Made by a program: the position numbers and the translations under genes. From a bacterium (GTDB taxonomy: Bacteria > UBA8248): a DNA stretch of 64,000 nucleotides. This document shows positions 10,140 to 20,389 of the stretch, one piece after another; position 1 is the first letter of the stretch; each line of letters opens with the position of its first letter. The notes under the pieces are model-generated. The model made no database searches. It was not told where the DNA came from and saw nothing but the letters and a program-made list of their open reading frames with translations. The DNA lies in contig OZ241326.1 of NCBI GenBank assembly GCA_965199855.1, forward strand, positions 2,048,001 through 2,112,000, written 5' to 3'.

Positions 10140-12491
10140 CTACGCCAGCCCCCACAGCCGTCTTATCGTCCATTCCGCGCCCGGCAGCAGAATGAGAAAC
10201 ATGCCTATCCAAGGGATGCTCCAGAGTCTCACGTCCCGCACTTCGATCACTTTGTGCGGCACCCTGCCCTTCAGAGCCTCCAGGACGCGGGCGGCCAAAT
10301 CCTCGTTTCCCGCCGCGTCCGCCCGGAAAAACAGCCCTTCCGTGCGCTTCGCCAGGGTTTTGAGGTTCTCCCACTGTGGGCTTACGTCGGCCCACTCCGC
10401 CCGACCCGCCTCGCGCCCGATGCCAATCGTCCTCACCGCCTCGCCGATGATCCGGCCGCCCTGCGCGGCCACCATCTTCGCTCGATAGCTGCCGTTGCCC
10501 CGGGGGCGAAAGCGAACTTCGAATTCCCGGGAATCGGGACGATACGCCGCGCGATGCCGGTTGGTGACGCCGTAGGGATCACGCAGTTCGACCTGCACCC
10601 GCGCGCCCTGGGCGGGCTGATAGGATTCGTCCCTCACCCTCATGCGGAGAACATAGACGCCGTCCCCGGCCCGTTCCGCCTCGGGGAGAATCTGCGCCTG
10701 CGAACTGCCCGGGTCGCCCGAGAGCCACCGAATCATCTGCGCGACCAGACGGATGTAGAGACGATTCGTCCTCTCCGCCGCCACCATTCCGAAATTCCAC
10801 CGCCAGATGTCGTCCGAGAAGACGGAGACCACCCTGCCCTCGCCGACGCGCTTCGCGGCGATGAGAGGAACGCCGCCGTCTTTCGTCGAAACGAGAATCT
10901 GCCCGTCTCCCAACGGCGTCGTCGCGTTCACGCGCCGCAAAGGCGGAAAAGACGTCCAGAGTTTTTCGTTTTCAGTCGCATCGGATGAAAGTCGCGTGAC
11001 GGGGTGTCTGCCGCCTGCCGAAGTGAGCTGAAAGCGCAGGCTCCCGCGATCCTGGTAGTCATTCTCCTGCTGTAGGCGCACGGGAAGAAGCCCCTCGATC
11101 GGGCTGCGGTAATAGCCGCCCGCGCTGAAGGACTGCCTGCCGCCGAACATGAGCAGCGCCCCGCCCTTGCGGACGTAATCCCCCACGCGCTCCAGGTAGA
11201 AGTTGCTGAAATACTCCTGGGCGGAAAAATTGTCGAAAACCACGATCTCGAAGTTCTTGAGCTCTTCCAGGAACAGTTTGTCCACCGGAAACGGCACGAG
11301 GCTCAGGTTTCGGGTCGAAACCCCGGGGTCGTCCTCGGAAGTCCGCAGAAAGACAAACGACACGAGGTCAATGGCGGGGTCCCGCTTCAACGCCATGCGC
11401 AAAAAGCGATAATTCCACGTGGGAGAGCCTGAAATCGTCAGAACCCGAATTTTGTCCCGCCGGACTTCCAGGGGAATTTCAACGCGATTGTTCGATTCCA
11501 CGATCTCGCCGCGCTGAGCGGGGGTCACCACGCGCAGAACCTGGCTTCCCACTTCATCCGGCGTGAAGCGAAACTGGACGAGGCGGCGCAGAGGGCTGCG
11601 TCTCACGTCTATCGACTGGGTTCTGATGACGCGCCCGTCCCGCGTGAGGGCGACCGGCAGCCGACGACCCGAGAACCCCTTTACCGACAGCAGGACCTCC
11701 AGGCGCGCCTCCTTGCCCTGAAAGGCGATGCGCGGAGCCTGCACGTCCTGAATGGCGATGTCCCGAAAAGAATCGGGCGCGCCGAATCCTACCCCGATGA
11801 GGGGCGGAAAGGATTTCACGTCGGCGGACGGCAGACGAGCGCCGGTCGTGTCGCCCCCGTCCGAGAGCATCAGAATACCCAAAGGGGCGTCCCGGACATC
11901 CCGCCCGCCCTGCCCCGCGGGGGCGGAGCGCGCGTCCTGAACGTTCTCCAGGGCGCTCCGGATGGCGCCGAGCGGATCACTGCCCGGCCCCTCGGCCTCA
12001 AGGCTTTTCAGCTCGTCCGTTCCGATGGGGGTTCCGCGCGCGTCGTAGCGGGCGAGCTGCACGTCGTAGAGATTTCTCAGGCGAGCGAGCAGGCTGGCGG
12101 ACGCCTCACCCTTCTCGCCTCTCACTTCGGGCCGCGCTCCTCCGGCGTCCCCGGTCGCCAGCAGGAAATCCCTGGCGAGAGCGATGCGCATCTTCTTCTC
12201 GTTCGCGTCCTGGACGCTCATGCTCGCCGAAGCGTCAATGAGAACGAGCAGCTTCGGCGGCAGGGAGCGCTCGCGCCTGTCGATGAGCGTGGGGCCCGAG
12301 AGGAAAAAAACGATCAGGGCATACAGCGCGCCCCGGAGCCCCTGAAGAAGCCAGACGCGCCCGGGCGAGAGCTTTTCCCTCAAATCGCGGTGTCGGCGAA
12401 TCAGCGTCCAGCCCAGCCCGGCGGAGACCACCAGAAGCGCCCACCAGGGCGCCCCGCCCGGCCAATGCAGGGTGGACCAGTCCATCGTCAT
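10140..12491 (-). CDS. Membrane protein with VWA-like and class I glutamine amidotransferase-like domains
   Basis: Start moved to ATG 12491, which overlaps the upstream stop (ATGA). Two TMs, LIDASASM, LSDGGD, YVRKGGALLMFGG, C-terminal EWTIRRLWGL. Confidence 0.78.
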   Translation of the reverse strand: MTMDWSTLHWPGGAPWWALLVVSAGLGWTLIRRHRDLREKLSPGRVWLLQGLRGALYALIVFFLSGPTLIDRRERSLPPKLLVLIDASASMSVQDANEKKMRIALARDFLLATGDAGGARPEVRGEKGEASASLLARLRNLYDVQLARYDARGTPIGTDELKSLEAEGPGSDPLGAIRSALENVQDARSAPAGQGGRDVRDAPLGILMLSDGGDTTGARLPSADVKSFPPLIGVGFGAPDSFRDIAIQDVQAPRIAFQGKEARLEVLLSVKGFSGRRLPVALTRDGRVIRTQSIDVRRSPLRRLVQFRFTPDEVGSQVLRVVTPAQRGEIVESNNRVEIPLEVRRDKIRVLTISGSPTWNYRFLRMALKRDPAIDLVSFVFLRTSEDDPGVSTRNLSLVPFPVDKLFLEELKNFEIVVFDNFSAQEYFSNFYLERVGDYVRKGGALLMFGGRQSFSAGGYYRSPIEGLLPVRLQQENDYQDRGSLRFQLTSAGGRHPVTRLSSDATENEKLWTSFPPLRRVNATTPLGDGQILVSTKDGGVPLIAAKRVGEGRVVSVFSDDIWRWNFGMVAAERTNRLYIRLVAQMIRWLSGDPGSSQAQILPEAERAGDGVYVLRMRVRDESYQPAQGARVQVELRDPYGVTNRHRAAYRPDSREFEVRFRPRGNGSYRAKMVAAQGGRIIGEAVRTIGIGREAGRAEWADVSPQWENLKTLAKRTEGLFFRADAAGNEDLAARVLEALKGRVPHKVIEVRDVRLWSIPWIGMFLILLPGAEWTIRRLWGLA

Positions 12492-13306
12492 CCCTGGTTC
12501 AGCCTGCGCTGGATGAAGGGGTGGTGGATGAGATCCTGCTTGTAGTTTCCCGTCATCGCGTAGAGGGCGATGTTCACCGCCAGCTGAAACGCCGCAAGGC
12601 GCTGGGGCTCGCCGCCCGGCGCGCATTCTTCGAGCCAGCCGCCGTCGGGAGCCCTCGCCCACGCGCCGCCCAGGTCGTTTCGGCAGAAGACGACGGGCGT
12701 GAATATCCCGACTTGGATGCCCAGCAAATCCTGGCTGACGGCCTGGCGTCCCCCCAGGGTGCGAATCAGGTAATAGCTGCGAAAAATGGCGTGATCGCGC
12801 GGCAGCGGCTCGAAGGAGTTTCTGGGAAATATCAGGCGCATGAGCCTCTTGACGGCCCCGCCGAACGCTTCGTCCTCAAGCCCCAGGCCGTCGTCGATGA
12901 GCAGGAAGCCGCCGTAGGTGAGGTGGCGTCTCAAATTCTCGATCGTCCCCGAATCGGGCATCTCGAATTCGTAGCGCCCCGCCATGTAGAGAAAAGGATG
13001 CTCGAAAATTTCCGGTGAAGAAATCTCCACCGGCTTCGCATCTCCCGCGGTTTCGATGCTCGTGCGCTTTTTCACCTCATCAAGGAAAGAGGGCATGGCC
13101 GTGGGATATTCCCGCCAGCGTCCGCCCGCGTAGCGCAACTGCGCCGGCGTGAAGTCCGGCTCATGCAGCACTTCTTCGGAACCCGAGAACAGCCGCTCGC
13201 CGCTGAATTGCGCCCCGGCCCGCGCGGGAGCGCCCAGCAACGCGGCCGCGCCCATCGCCGCGCGCGCGATGAACGCGCGCCTGCTGATTTCAAGGAACGT
13301 TGACAT
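12488..13306 (-). CDS. DUF4159 family protein with Tat signal
   Basis: ISRRAFI twin-arginine leader; PFLYMAG, LRRHLTYGGFLLIDD, NDLGGAW, NYKQD motifs. Confidence 0.82.
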   Translation of the reverse strand: MSTFLEISRRAFIARAAMGAAALLGAPARAGAQFSGERLFSGSEEVLHEPDFTPAQLRYAGGRWREYPTAMPSFLDEVKKRTSIETAGDAKPVEISSPEIFEHPFLYMAGRYEFEMPDSGTIENLRRHLTYGGFLLIDDGLGLEDEAFGGAVKRLMRLIFPRNSFEPLPRDHAIFRSYYLIRTLGGRQAVSQDLLGIQVGIFTPVVFCRNDLGGAWARAPDGGWLEECAPGGEPQRLAAFQLAVNIALYAMTGNYKQDLIHHPFIQRRLNQG

Positions 13307-14186
13307 CCGGCAGCACCACGTAGGTCGTCGGCGGCGGCAGTCTCCTGCGCGTCATCGCCAGATCCGGCTTCGCGGGACGGAGCACCCTGGTGATTCCCTC
13401 CTTCTTCAGCGCCTCGGCGAACTGTCCGGGCAATTCGGGACCGAAGTAGTGCATCGGGATCACGATGTTGGGCCCGATACGCTTGACGATTTTGGCCGCC
13501 ACCTCGTGAGGCACCGTGAACGAGCCGTCTATCGGCAGGAGAAGCACGTGAATCTTCCCCAGCGCCTGAATCTGCCCGGGCGAGGGGCCGAAGCGCGCGT
13601 TTCCGAAATGCGCGACGCAAATGCCGCCCGCCTGAAAAACATAAATGGTGTTGAGGACGATGGAGAATTTCCCGCTTCCGTCCACTTGGGGGAAAGACGC
13701 GATTCTCAGGTTTCCGAACGTCCTGTCAATGGGGTTGGCCTTCCCTTCATTCGTCACGCCGAAAAAGATTTCCGATTTTCCATCGTAGGGCCCGGTGATG
13801 GAGTGCGTCTCGTGGAAATTGCTGACGGTGATGGCCTCGGGCGGCGGATTGAGAACGGGGACGACGTAAGGATCCATCACGGCGCGCCCGCCGCCGGGGG
13901 CGCTTATCAGAAAGCTCGAATGCCCCAGAAACCTCAGCCGCACTGCTTTTGGCTTCTGGACGTCCGCCCCGCGGCCCTTCATCGACGCGGGGATGAAGCG
14001 CCCGTCCAGACGGACGATGCCGGGCTTGCAGATGCCGCCGGCCGCCCAGAGGAGGCTCGAGGAGAACAAAATCAGAAAGGAGGCGAAAAAGCCCAGAAAA
14101 AATACCTTCTTTGCGGAAAAGCGGCTTCTTTCGCGCGAGGATGCCGCGCGCTTCTCGAAAGCGGCCTTCAATTGCATATTCCTCAT
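13290..14186 (-). CDS. MBL-fold metallo-hydrolase (beta-lactamase_B_3-like), probably exported
   Basis: FLGHSSFLI, DPY, SNFHETH, AHFG, IPMHY; hydrophobic leader. Start uncertain (14186 or 14177). Confidence 0.75.
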   Translation of the reverse strand: MRNMQLKAAFEKRAASSRERSRFSAKKVFFLGFFASFLILFSSSLLWAAGGICKPGIVRLDGRFIPASMKGRGADVQKPKAVRLRFLGHSSFLISAPGGGRAVMDPYVVPVLNPPPEAITVSNFHETHSITGPYDGKSEIFFGVTNEGKANPIDRTFGNLRIASFPQVDGSGKFSIVLNTIYVFQAGGICVAHFGNARFGPSPGQIQALGKIHVLLLPIDGSFTVPHEVAAKIVKRIGPNIVIPMHYFGPELPGQFAEALKKEGITRVLRPAKPDLAMTRRRLPPPTTYVVLPDVNVP

Positions 14187-14298
14187 GGCGGCACCATGAA
14201 TGAATAGAATAGGGGCGCATTCTACATTTTTTTCGCCCCCTCGCATAGCCCCCGATTTCATGCCGAAGCGGGGTCGGCGCGGCGACGCCCGCCTTTTC

Positions 14299-14838
14299 TC
14301 ACCCGCCCGGCGCGTCCCCCCGAAAACTCTCGCGCCATGGGGAGAGCCACATCGCCCCGCACAGGAGGCACGCCTTGAGCGCGTCCGTGACGAGATAGGC
14401 GCCATGATAGCGTCCGAATTCACGTTTTCCGGCCGCCCCGACTCCCGGAATTCCGGCCTCCGCCAAGGCTTTTCCGAGCGCGTCCATCTTCGGAAGAAGC
14501 CAGAAGGCGTGCGCGCATACGACGAGAAACAGGGAGCAAGCGACGATGAGCGGCAGGCCGCCCAACCGCCCCGTTCGCCAGATGAGGAAGAGGAGCAAAA
14601 CGCCAAGGCCGAGCTGCAGGCGGTTCCAGGCGCGGAAAATCCGGCCGTTCACCTCTCTCGCGGCCAAGCGTCCCTTCATCTTCACCGAGGAGGCGGGGGC
14701 GAAGAGCTTCGCCGCCGCCGGATTCTTAGCGGCGTTGAAGGCATCGAACGAACTCGTCGCCGCCCACCATACGCCCAGGGTGAGAGCGAGCCAGGCTGCG
14801 AGAAGGCCGAAGAGGGCGAAGCGCGTCAGAGCGTTCAA
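14299..14838 (-). CDS. DUF4149-like membrane protein
   Basis: Four hydrophobic segments and an FGRYH motif; TTG start after GAGG (start uncertain). Confidence 0.55.
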   Translation of the reverse strand: MNALTRFALFGLLAAWLALTLGVWWAATSSFDAFNAAKNPAAAKLFAPASSVKMKGRLAAREVNGRIFRAWNRLQLGLGVLLLFLIWRTGRLGGLPLIVACSLFLVVCAHAFWLLPKMDALGKALAEAGIPGVGAAGKREFGRYHGAYLVTDALKACLLCGAMWLSPWRESFRGDAPGG

Positions 14839-14943
14839 AAACGGATTCCTCTCATGGCGAGACGGCGTTCGGCGATGCGAAACCGCCCGCAATCTACCCG
14901 ACAGACGCAACGCCTCACAACCCCCTGCCCCGGGAAGCGTCGC

Positions 14944-14973
14944 TGGACAGCGCGCGCCTCGAACGGGTAGAAT
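14944..14973 (+). promoter_or_regulatory. Putative sigma70 promoter of the fdh operon
   Basis: TGGACA-N18-TAGAAT, 37 bp upstream of ATG 15011. Confidence 0.45.
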
Positions 14974-15010
14974 GGTTTCCCTTGCCATTGCAATTCGCAG
15001 GAGCCTTTCG

Positions 15011-16660
15011 ATGTCCTGGAGCGCGCCCACGGCATATCGGCCTCCCCTCAAAATTCAGGCGCTGGCCGCGCACCAGGAAAAAGAGGGCTATCTTTCCAAA
15101 GAAGCCATTTCCGCCATCTCTAAGAGGATGGGCGTCCCCGCCTATGAGACGTTCGGCGTAGCCAGCTTCTTCCCCCGCTTTCACCTGGAAAAACCCGCGA
15201 AGCCGCAAGTCCAAATCTGCCGGGACATCAGCTGCCAGCTCGCGGGCGGCGAGGCACTCCTGAGAAACGCCGGGAAAATCGCCCGCAGCGCCGGAATCAA
15301 AACGATCCGCCCCCGGGGCTGCTCCTGCCTCGGCCGATGCGACAAGGGGCCTGTTGCGGAAATCGAGGGCCGCATCCATTCGTCCCTCACCGAGGGAAAG
15401 CTTCGGGAAATCATCGAGTCCTGGAGAGAGGGGAAGCCGAAGCCCGCATCGAGAGCGCAGAAAATCAAAAACACGACCCGCCTGAATCCATACCGGAAAA
15501 ACGGGGCGTTCGGCGTCCTGCGAGCCTTGAGGAAGAGCGAAAAGCCCGAAAGCGTAATCGAAACCCTCAAGGAAAGCGGCCTGCGAGGCATGGGCGGAGC
15601 CGGCTTTCCGGTGGGACGCAAATGGGAATTCGTCCTCAATGCGCCGGGAGAGGAGAAATTCGTCATCTGCAACGCCGATGAGAGCGAGCCGGGCACGTTC
15701 AAGGATCGCGCCGTCATGGACTCGCATCCCGAACTCCTCATTGAGGGGGCGCTCATCGCCTGCCGCGCCATCGGGGCCGGGCGCGCCATCATATACATTC
15801 GCCATGAATACGGCAGGCAGGCGAAGGTGCTGGAGCGCGCCATAGCGCGCGCGCGAAAGGCCCGCCTGCTCGGAACGAAAGAAACGCCCCGCCTCGAGAT
15901 ATTCATCAGCCCGGGCGGATACATCTGCGGAGAAGAAACGGCGCTCCTCGAAGTCCTGGAGGACAGGCGCGCCCAGCCCCGGGACAAGCCCCCATTCCCC
16001 GGCTCCGAGGGACTCTTCGGCAAACCCACCCTCATTAACAACGCCGAAACTTTCGCGCTCATTCCGGCAATACTCAGGAACGGAAGCCGCTGGTTCTCAT
16101 CTTTCGGGCGAAACAACGGGAGCGGCTTTAAGCTGCTGGGCGTCAGCGGCGCGGTGAGAAGGCCGGGCGTCTATGAAGTGGAGTTCGGAACGCCCGTTCG
16201 GGAGATAATCGAGGACGTCGCGGGCGGTCTGCCCGCGGGCGCTCGCCTCAAGGCATTCTCGCCGGGCGGCGCCAGCAGCGGATTTCTGCCCGCTCGCCTC
16301 GGGGACATTCCATACGACTTCGCCCCCCTTGAGGAGGCCGGAAGCATGTTGGGCAGCGGGGCGCTCATCGTCATTCCCGAGGGTGCGGACATGGCGGCGC
16401 TCGCCCACAACGCGGCGCGCTTCTTCCGGGACGAATCCTGCGGCAAATGCGTCCCGTGCCGCATCGGCGCCGACAAGATCGCCGCCTTTCTCGAACGCGC
16501 CCTGCGGGGAGACGCCCGCGCCTCGGAGCTTCCCGCGGTTGGCGAGATATGCGACGCCATGAAAGAGACGTCCATCTGCGGCCTCGGGCAGGCCGCGCCG
16601 ATTCCCTATCTTTCTCTTTTCCGATACTTCCGATCCGACATCGAAGCGAAGCTGAAGTAG
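15011..16660 (+). CDS. NAD-dependent formate dehydrogenase beta/diaphorase subunit (NuoE-NuoF fusion)
   Basis: Thioredoxin-like 2Fe-2S motif (CRDISC...CLGRC), SGLRGMGGAGF, NADESEPGTFKDR, YICGEETALL, ESCGKCVPC...C. Start set at ATG 15011 after AGGAG. Confidence 0.9.
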   Translation: MSWSAPTAYRPPLKIQALAAHQEKEGYLSKEAISAISKRMGVPAYETFGVASFFPRFHLEKPAKPQVQICRDISCQLAGGEALLRNAGKIARSAGIKTIRPRGCSCLGRCDKGPVAEIEGRIHSSLTEGKLREIIESWREGKPKPASRAQKIKNTTRLNPYRKNGAFGVLRALRKSEKPESVIETLKESGLRGMGGAGFPVGRKWEFVLNAPGEEKFVICNADESEPGTFKDRAVMDSHPELLIEGALIACRAIGAGRAIIYIRHEYGRQAKVLERAIARARKARLLGTKETPRLEIFISPGGYICGEETALLEVLEDRRAQPRDKPPFPGSEGLFGKPTLINNAETFALIPAILRNGSRWFSSFGRNNGSGFKLLGVSGAVRRPGVYEVEFGTPVREIIEDVAGGLPAGARLKAFSPGGASSGFLPARLGDIPYDFAPLEEAGSMLGSGALIVIPEGADMAALAHNAARFFRDESCGKCVPCRIGADKIAAFLERALRGDARASELPAVGEICDAMKETSICGLGQAAPIPYLSLFRYFRSDIEAKLK

Positions 16661-16672
16661 GGCGGGAACGAC

Positions 16673-19414
16673 ATGCCGGAGTCTGAAACGATCCCGATTA
16701 CGATAGACGGCGAGAAAACCGCCTCGGCCGCCGGCGCGAGCATCTGGGAAGCCGCCCGTTCAGAAGGCGTCGAGATTCCCAGGCTCTGCCACCAGCCCGG
16801 CATGGAGCCCGTCGGGGTGTGCCGCGTGTGCGTCGTCGAGGTTGAGGGCGCGCGAAGCCTCGTCCCTTCCTGCCAGCGCAGGGTAGAAGCCGGCATGGTG
16901 ATTCAAACGCGCACAGAGCGCGTCGCGCGCGCCCAGAGAACCCTGCTGGACATGCTGATGGCGGAGCGCGGCGTAGAATCGGAGCCTGAGAACTGCGAAC
17001 TCACCGCCCTCGCCAAGCGGATGAAAGCCCGAAACGGCGCAATCGCCCCGCCCTCCCCGGACGCGCCGCGAAATCAGGATTCCTCCTCTTCGGTGATTCA
17101 GGTGAACCACGCCGCCTGCATTCTCTGCGACCGATGCATTCGCGCCTGCGCGGACATTCAGGGCAACAACGTCATCGGCCGGGGCGGCAAGGGCACAGGC
17201 GCCAGAATCGTATTCGACGCGGATGCGCCCATGGGAGAATCCTCCTGCGTCTCGTGCGGAGAGTGCGTGGCCGCCTGTCCCACGGAGGCGCTCACCAACA
17301 AGTTCATCACGACGGAAAGCGGCGGCGCGGAATCCAGGCAGGTCCGCTCCGTCTGCCCATACTGCGGCGTCGGCTGCGGCATCGCCTATCAAGTGGCCGA
17401 AAACACCCTCCTCAGCGTCGAGGGCGACGAAAGCAGCCCCGTGAACCGGGGCAGGCTGTGCGTAAAGGGACGCTACGGATTCGACTACGCGCACCATCCG
17501 GATCGACTGACAACCCCGCTCATCAGAAGGGAGGACGCGCCGAAAGCGAAAGAACTGCCGCAAAATCCGATTTCCCTGTTTCGGGAGGCGAGTTGGGATG
17601 AAGCCCTCGACCTGGCGGCGAATTCCTTCGGAAAAATTCGTCTGGCCGGCGGCCCCTCGAGTCTGGCCGGCTTCGGCTCGGCGAAATGCTCGAACGAGGA
17701 CAACTATCTTTTCCAAAAATTCATCCGCGCCGTATTCGGCACCAACAACGTAGATCACTGCACCCGGCTTTGCCACGCGAGCTCGGTGGCCGCCCTGTCG
17801 GAAACCATCGGCTCGGGCGCCTCGACCAATCCCTTCGCCGACGCCCTGAAGTCGGATTTCATCCTCGTGGCGGGCTCAAATCCCACGGAGAACCACCCGG
17901 TGGCCGCCACCTTCATCAAGCAGGCCGCCGGGGCGGGCGCGACCCTCGCCGTCGTGGATCCGCGGAGAATTGATCTGGTGGATCACGCGGACATATTCGC
18001 GCAGTTCCGCCCCGGCACGGACGCGGCCCTTTTCAACGGGCTTTTGCAGGTAGTGATGGAAGAAAAACTGTTCGACCCCGACTTCGTGGAGACGCGCACG
18101 GAAGGCTTCGAGGCGCTCGCGGAAAACGTGAAGCCCTATACTCCGCGAAACGTCTCGAAGCTCACCGGTGTTCCGGCGAAAACGATTCGGAAGCTGGCCA
18201 GACTGTACGCCCAGTCGGAGCGCAGCATGGCTTTCTGGGGCATGGGCCTCTCCCAGCACGCCCACGGCACGGACAACTGCCGGGCGCTGATAGCCCTGTG
18301 CCTCGTTTGCGGCCAAATCGGACGGGAGGGGACGGGCCTTCACCCCTTGCGGGGCCAGAACAACGTGCAGGGCGCCTCCGACGCGGGTCTCATCCCCATG
18401 TCCTATACCGGCTATCAGGCGGTTTCGTCGCCCCGACACCGCGAGAAGTTCGAGAAGGCCTGGGGCCGGGAGCTGAGCGGAGAGCCGGGTCTTACCGTCG
18501 TGGAGATTATCGACGCCGCCTGGCGGGGCGATATCAAGGGCATGTACATCATGGGCGAGAACCCGGCCATGAGCGATCCGAACCTGAACCACGCGAGGGC
18601 CGGCCTCGCCAATCTCGAATTTCTCGCCGTTCAGGACATATTCCTGACGGAAACCGCCTGTTTCGCCGACGTCGTCCTCCCTTCCACGGCGTTTCCCGAA
18701 AAAACAGGCACCTTCACGAACACCGACCGCCGCGTGCAGCTCGGCAGGCGCGCCGTCAGTCCCCCCGGAGAAGCGCGGGAGGACTGGCGCGTCGTGGCCG
18801 AGCTCTCCGAACGCATGGGCTATGCGATGCGCTACGAATCGGAGGCGCGGATTTTCGACGAAATCGCATCCCTCACACCCCCCCTGGCGGGAATCTCCCA
18901 TGATCGCCTGGGCGAGGGCGGCGTCGTCTGGCCCTGCCCCGAACCCGACCATCCGGGCACGGAAATCCTTTTCAGCGAGTCGTTTCCCTCCGGCAGGGGA
19001 AAACTCGTGCCCGTTCAATACGCTCCCGCCAAAGAGCTGCCGGACGATGACTACCCCTTCGTGCTGAACACGGGGAGAAACCTCTACCACTGGCACACGG
19101 GCGCAATCACCAGAAGGGCGCGCGCCCTGAACGCCGCCGAACCCGACCCTTACGTCGAGATGTCTCCCGAAGACCTGAAGCGCCTGCGCATCAGAAACAA
19201 TTCGCGCATCCGCGTGGAATCGAGACGCGGGGAGATTGTCCTCGCCGCCCGCGCCTCCGCGCGCGTCCAGCCCGGACAGGTGTTCATTCCTTTCCACTAC
19301 GTGGAGGCGGCCGTGAACCTGCTGACCATCGATGAACTCGACCCGGACGCGAAAATACCGGAGTTCAAATTCTGCGCCGTCCGAATCAAAAAGGCGGGCA
19401 GGCGGCGGCGATGA
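16673..19414 (+). CDS. fdhF: Formate dehydrogenase alpha subunit (Mo/W-bisPGD, Cys ligand)
   Basis: N-terminal 2Fe-2S and 2x4Fe-4S motifs, CPYCGVGC, NNVDHCTRLCHASS, LRGQNNVQG, KIPEFKFCAV. Confidence 0.95.
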   Translation: MPESETIPITIDGEKTASAAGASIWEAARSEGVEIPRLCHQPGMEPVGVCRVCVVEVEGARSLVPSCQRRVEAGMVIQTRTERVARAQRTLLDMLMAERGVESEPENCELTALAKRMKARNGAIAPPSPDAPRNQDSSSSVIQVNHAACILCDRCIRACADIQGNNVIGRGGKGTGARIVFDADAPMGESSCVSCGECVAACPTEALTNKFITTESGGAESRQVRSVCPYCGVGCGIAYQVAENTLLSVEGDESSPVNRGRLCVKGRYGFDYAHHPDRLTTPLIRREDAPKAKELPQNPISLFREASWDEALDLAANSFGKIRLAGGPSSLAGFGSAKCSNEDNYLFQKFIRAVFGTNNVDHCTRLCHASSVAALSETIGSGASTNPFADALKSDFILVAGSNPTENHPVAATFIKQAAGAGATLAVVDPRRIDLVDHADIFAQFRPGTDAALFNGLLQVVMEEKLFDPDFVETRTEGFEALAENVKPYTPRNVSKLTGVPAKTIRKLARLYAQSERSMAFWGMGLSQHAHGTDNCRALIALCLVCGQIGREGTGLHPLRGQNNVQGASDAGLIPMSYTGYQAVSSPRHREKFEKAWGRELSGEPGLTVVEIIDAAWRGDIKGMYIMGENPAMSDPNLNHARAGLANLEFLAVQDIFLTETACFADVVLPSTAFPEKTGTFTNTDRRVQLGRRAVSPPGEAREDWRVVAELSERMGYAMRYESEARIFDEIASLTPPLAGISHDRLGEGGVVWPCPEPDHPGTEILFSESFPSGRGKLVPVQYAPAKELPDDDYPFVLNTGRNLYHWHTGAITRRARALNAAEPDPYVEMSPEDLKRLRIRNNSRIRVESRRGEIVLAARASARVQPGQVFIPFHYVEAAVNLLTIDELDPDAKIPEFKFCAVRIKKAGRRRR

Positions 19415-19432
19415 GCGTCCCCGCCGCCCCGT

Positions 19433-20338
19433 TCACCGGAATCGCGTAATCAGGAATCCCCCCAGAACCACCAGCCCGGCCGCCCCGCACAGGCGCGCGT
19501 TGACGCGCTCCATGTCGCCCAGGAATACGAAGCTCAGCGCCACCACCCATATCGGAGCGGTGCGGCTCAGGGGAAGGACGACGGTAACGTCGGAGAACGT
19601 GAGGGCATACCAGAGAAGCGACGTGGCGGAGGAGGAGAAGACGGCCCCTACGAGGAGCCAGGAAACGCCGCGTCCGTCCGCGCGGATTCTGCCGCCCTCG
19701 CCCAGAAACGGCTTCGCTACAAGGAGAAAGAAAAAAGCCGCCAGGTAGGCGAAGCCCACCGCCGCGAAGGGCGTCCTCTGCTCGGAGAAGCCTATTTTCG
19801 CCGCCACCGGCATGGCGGCATACATGAACGAGGCGAATAAGGGGAAAACCAGCGCGCGCCGGAACTCGCGCCCCATGCCGCCCTGGGCGACGCCCCTGCC
19901 CTCTCCCATCGAGATCAGCGCGACGCCCGCGACAATCGACACCGTCCCCAGCAGAACAGCCGGACCCGGCCGCTCCCCGAGGAACAGGGCAGCGAAGAAG
20001 ACAGCCCATATCGGGGCCGACGCCTGAACCGGACTCGTCCTGCTCACGCCGATGCGCTGAATCGAGGTGTAGGAGGCCAGATGCCCCATCCCCTGCCCGA
20101 GGCAGCCCGCCAGCATGAACCATAGCGCCGGCCGGAGCGTCGAGGTCTGCAGCGTCCCCAGGCAGAAGGCCAGCCCAAGCAGCAGAACGCTCGCCACGGC
20201 GTTCGTGACCAGCACCCCGCACAGGGGAGACGCGCTCCTCAGCCCCCGCCGGAACGAGATGAGCGCCGCGGAGTAGATGAACGAGGAGGTCAGGGCGACG
20301 AACTCGCCCGACCCGAAGAATGACGACGGCGCGCTCAT
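19433..20338 (-). CDS. DMT/EamA family transporter
   Basis: About 10 TM helices in two repeats; FLGERP motif. Confidence 0.88.
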   Translation of the reverse strand: MSAPSSFFGSGEFVALTSSFIYSAALISFRRGLRSASPLCGVLVTNAVASVLLLGLAFCLGTLQTSTLRPALWFMLAGCLGQGMGHLASYTSIQRIGVSRTSPVQASAPIWAVFFAALFLGERPGPAVLLGTVSIVAGVALISMGEGRGVAQGGMGREFRRALVFPLFASFMYAAMPVAAKIGFSEQRTPFAAVGFAYLAAFFFLLVAKPFLGEGGRIRADGRGVSWLLVGAVFSSSATSLLWYALTFSDVTVVLPLSRTAPIWVVALSFVFLGDMERVNARLCGAAGLVVLGGFLITRFR

Positions 20339-20389
20339 GCGCGCGACTATACACGCCCGCGGGCCGCCGGGCGAGAAAGGGCGGGCGCT

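Noticed and set aside
17740-17790. Selenocysteine in the formate dehydrogenase active site
   Set aside because: The ligand codon is TGC (Cys) and the ORF is uninterrupted.
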